Shown here piece by piece: positions 43,932 to 44,309 of a stretch of DNA of 44,309 bases (position 1 is its first letter; each line of letters opens with the position of its first letter). The stretch spans positions 1-44,309 of the forward strand of contig JBILJE010000001.1 of the NCBI GenBank assembly GCA_044377395.1, read 5' to 3'. The notes beneath the pieces are model-generated. The model saw only the letters and a program-made list of their open reading frames with translations, was not told where the DNA came from and did no database searches. The stretch comes from Rariglobus sp. (GTDB lineage Bacteria; Verrucomicrobiota; Verrucomicrobiia; Opitutales; Opitutaceae). A program made the position numbers and the translations under genes.

Positions 43932-44309
43932 TCAGCCGGCCTTGGCTGTTTTCAGCGCCGCCGAGATGAAGTCGAGGATCTCGTCGCGGCCCTTGCGCGT
44001 GGTCGACGAGCTGGTGAAAACCGCAGGCTGCTCGGGCACGAACTCCGCGATCGCATGCTTAAACAAGGCGATGTTCGACTGCGTCACCGAGTTGGACTGC
44101 TTGTCGGTTTTGGTGAACACCAGCGAGTACGACACGTCGACGGTCACCACCCAGCGCAAAAATTCCAGGTCAATTTTTTGCGGTGCAAGCCGCGAGTCGA
44201 TCAGCACAAACAGGTGGACGAGGTTTTCGCGTTCCTCGATAAAATCGGCCACCGCCTCGTTGAAATCGGCGCGTTGGGTTTTGGCGATTTTGGCGTAGCC
44301 GTAGCCGGG
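43932..44309 (-). CDS. engB: Ribosome biogenesis GTP-binding protein YsxC/EngB, 5' part outside the window
   Basis: PGYGYAK (end of G3), LFVLIDSR, VFTKTDK (G4), TSS (G5); frame open to the window end. Confidence 0.92.
   Translation of the reverse strand, partial: PGYGYAKIAKTQRADFNEAVADFIEERENLVHLFVLIDSRLAPQKIDLEFLRWVVTVDVSYSLVFTKTDKQSNSVTQSNIALFKHAIAEFVPEQPAVFTSSSTTRKGRDEILDFISAALKTAKAG

Overview
High-GC bacterial chromosomal window. The style of the TonB-dependent receptor, the DUF5069-like gene and the repeat families suggest Verrucomicrobiota/Opitutaceae (inference). The left 18 kb is one tightly packed minus-strand cluster that runs off the left edge. It holds a TonB-dependent receptor followed by at least 8 divergent amidase-signature (Ser-cisSer-Lys) hydrolases and 2 asparaginase-fold enzymes, all with N-terminal export signals. 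This resembles a polysaccharide-utilisation locus, but for amide/nitrogen scavenging. In six of the ten enzymes the hydrophobic core of the signal peptide is encoded by a block of five tandem heptamers (TTGGTCA-like, read as LVIGHxxLVI), shared between the two unrelated enzyme folds. Both asparaginase-like proteins lack the canonical Asp of the HGTD motif. The right 26 kb is mostly housekeeping or accessory singletons: 2-hydroxyacid dehydrogenase, 4-PAS hybrid kinase, tandem class II aldolase, ECF sigma, carA, kdsB, ptsH, mdh, two-domain PPK2, a 61-aa histone-H1-like protein, lipoate ligase family, RmlD-like, pdxH, DsbD, Mpv17-like, apt, flavin reductase and engB. Its intergenic spaces carry at least four families of REP-like or hexamer repeats, one nested inside another. 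No rRNA, tRNA, CRISPR array or transposase was seen.
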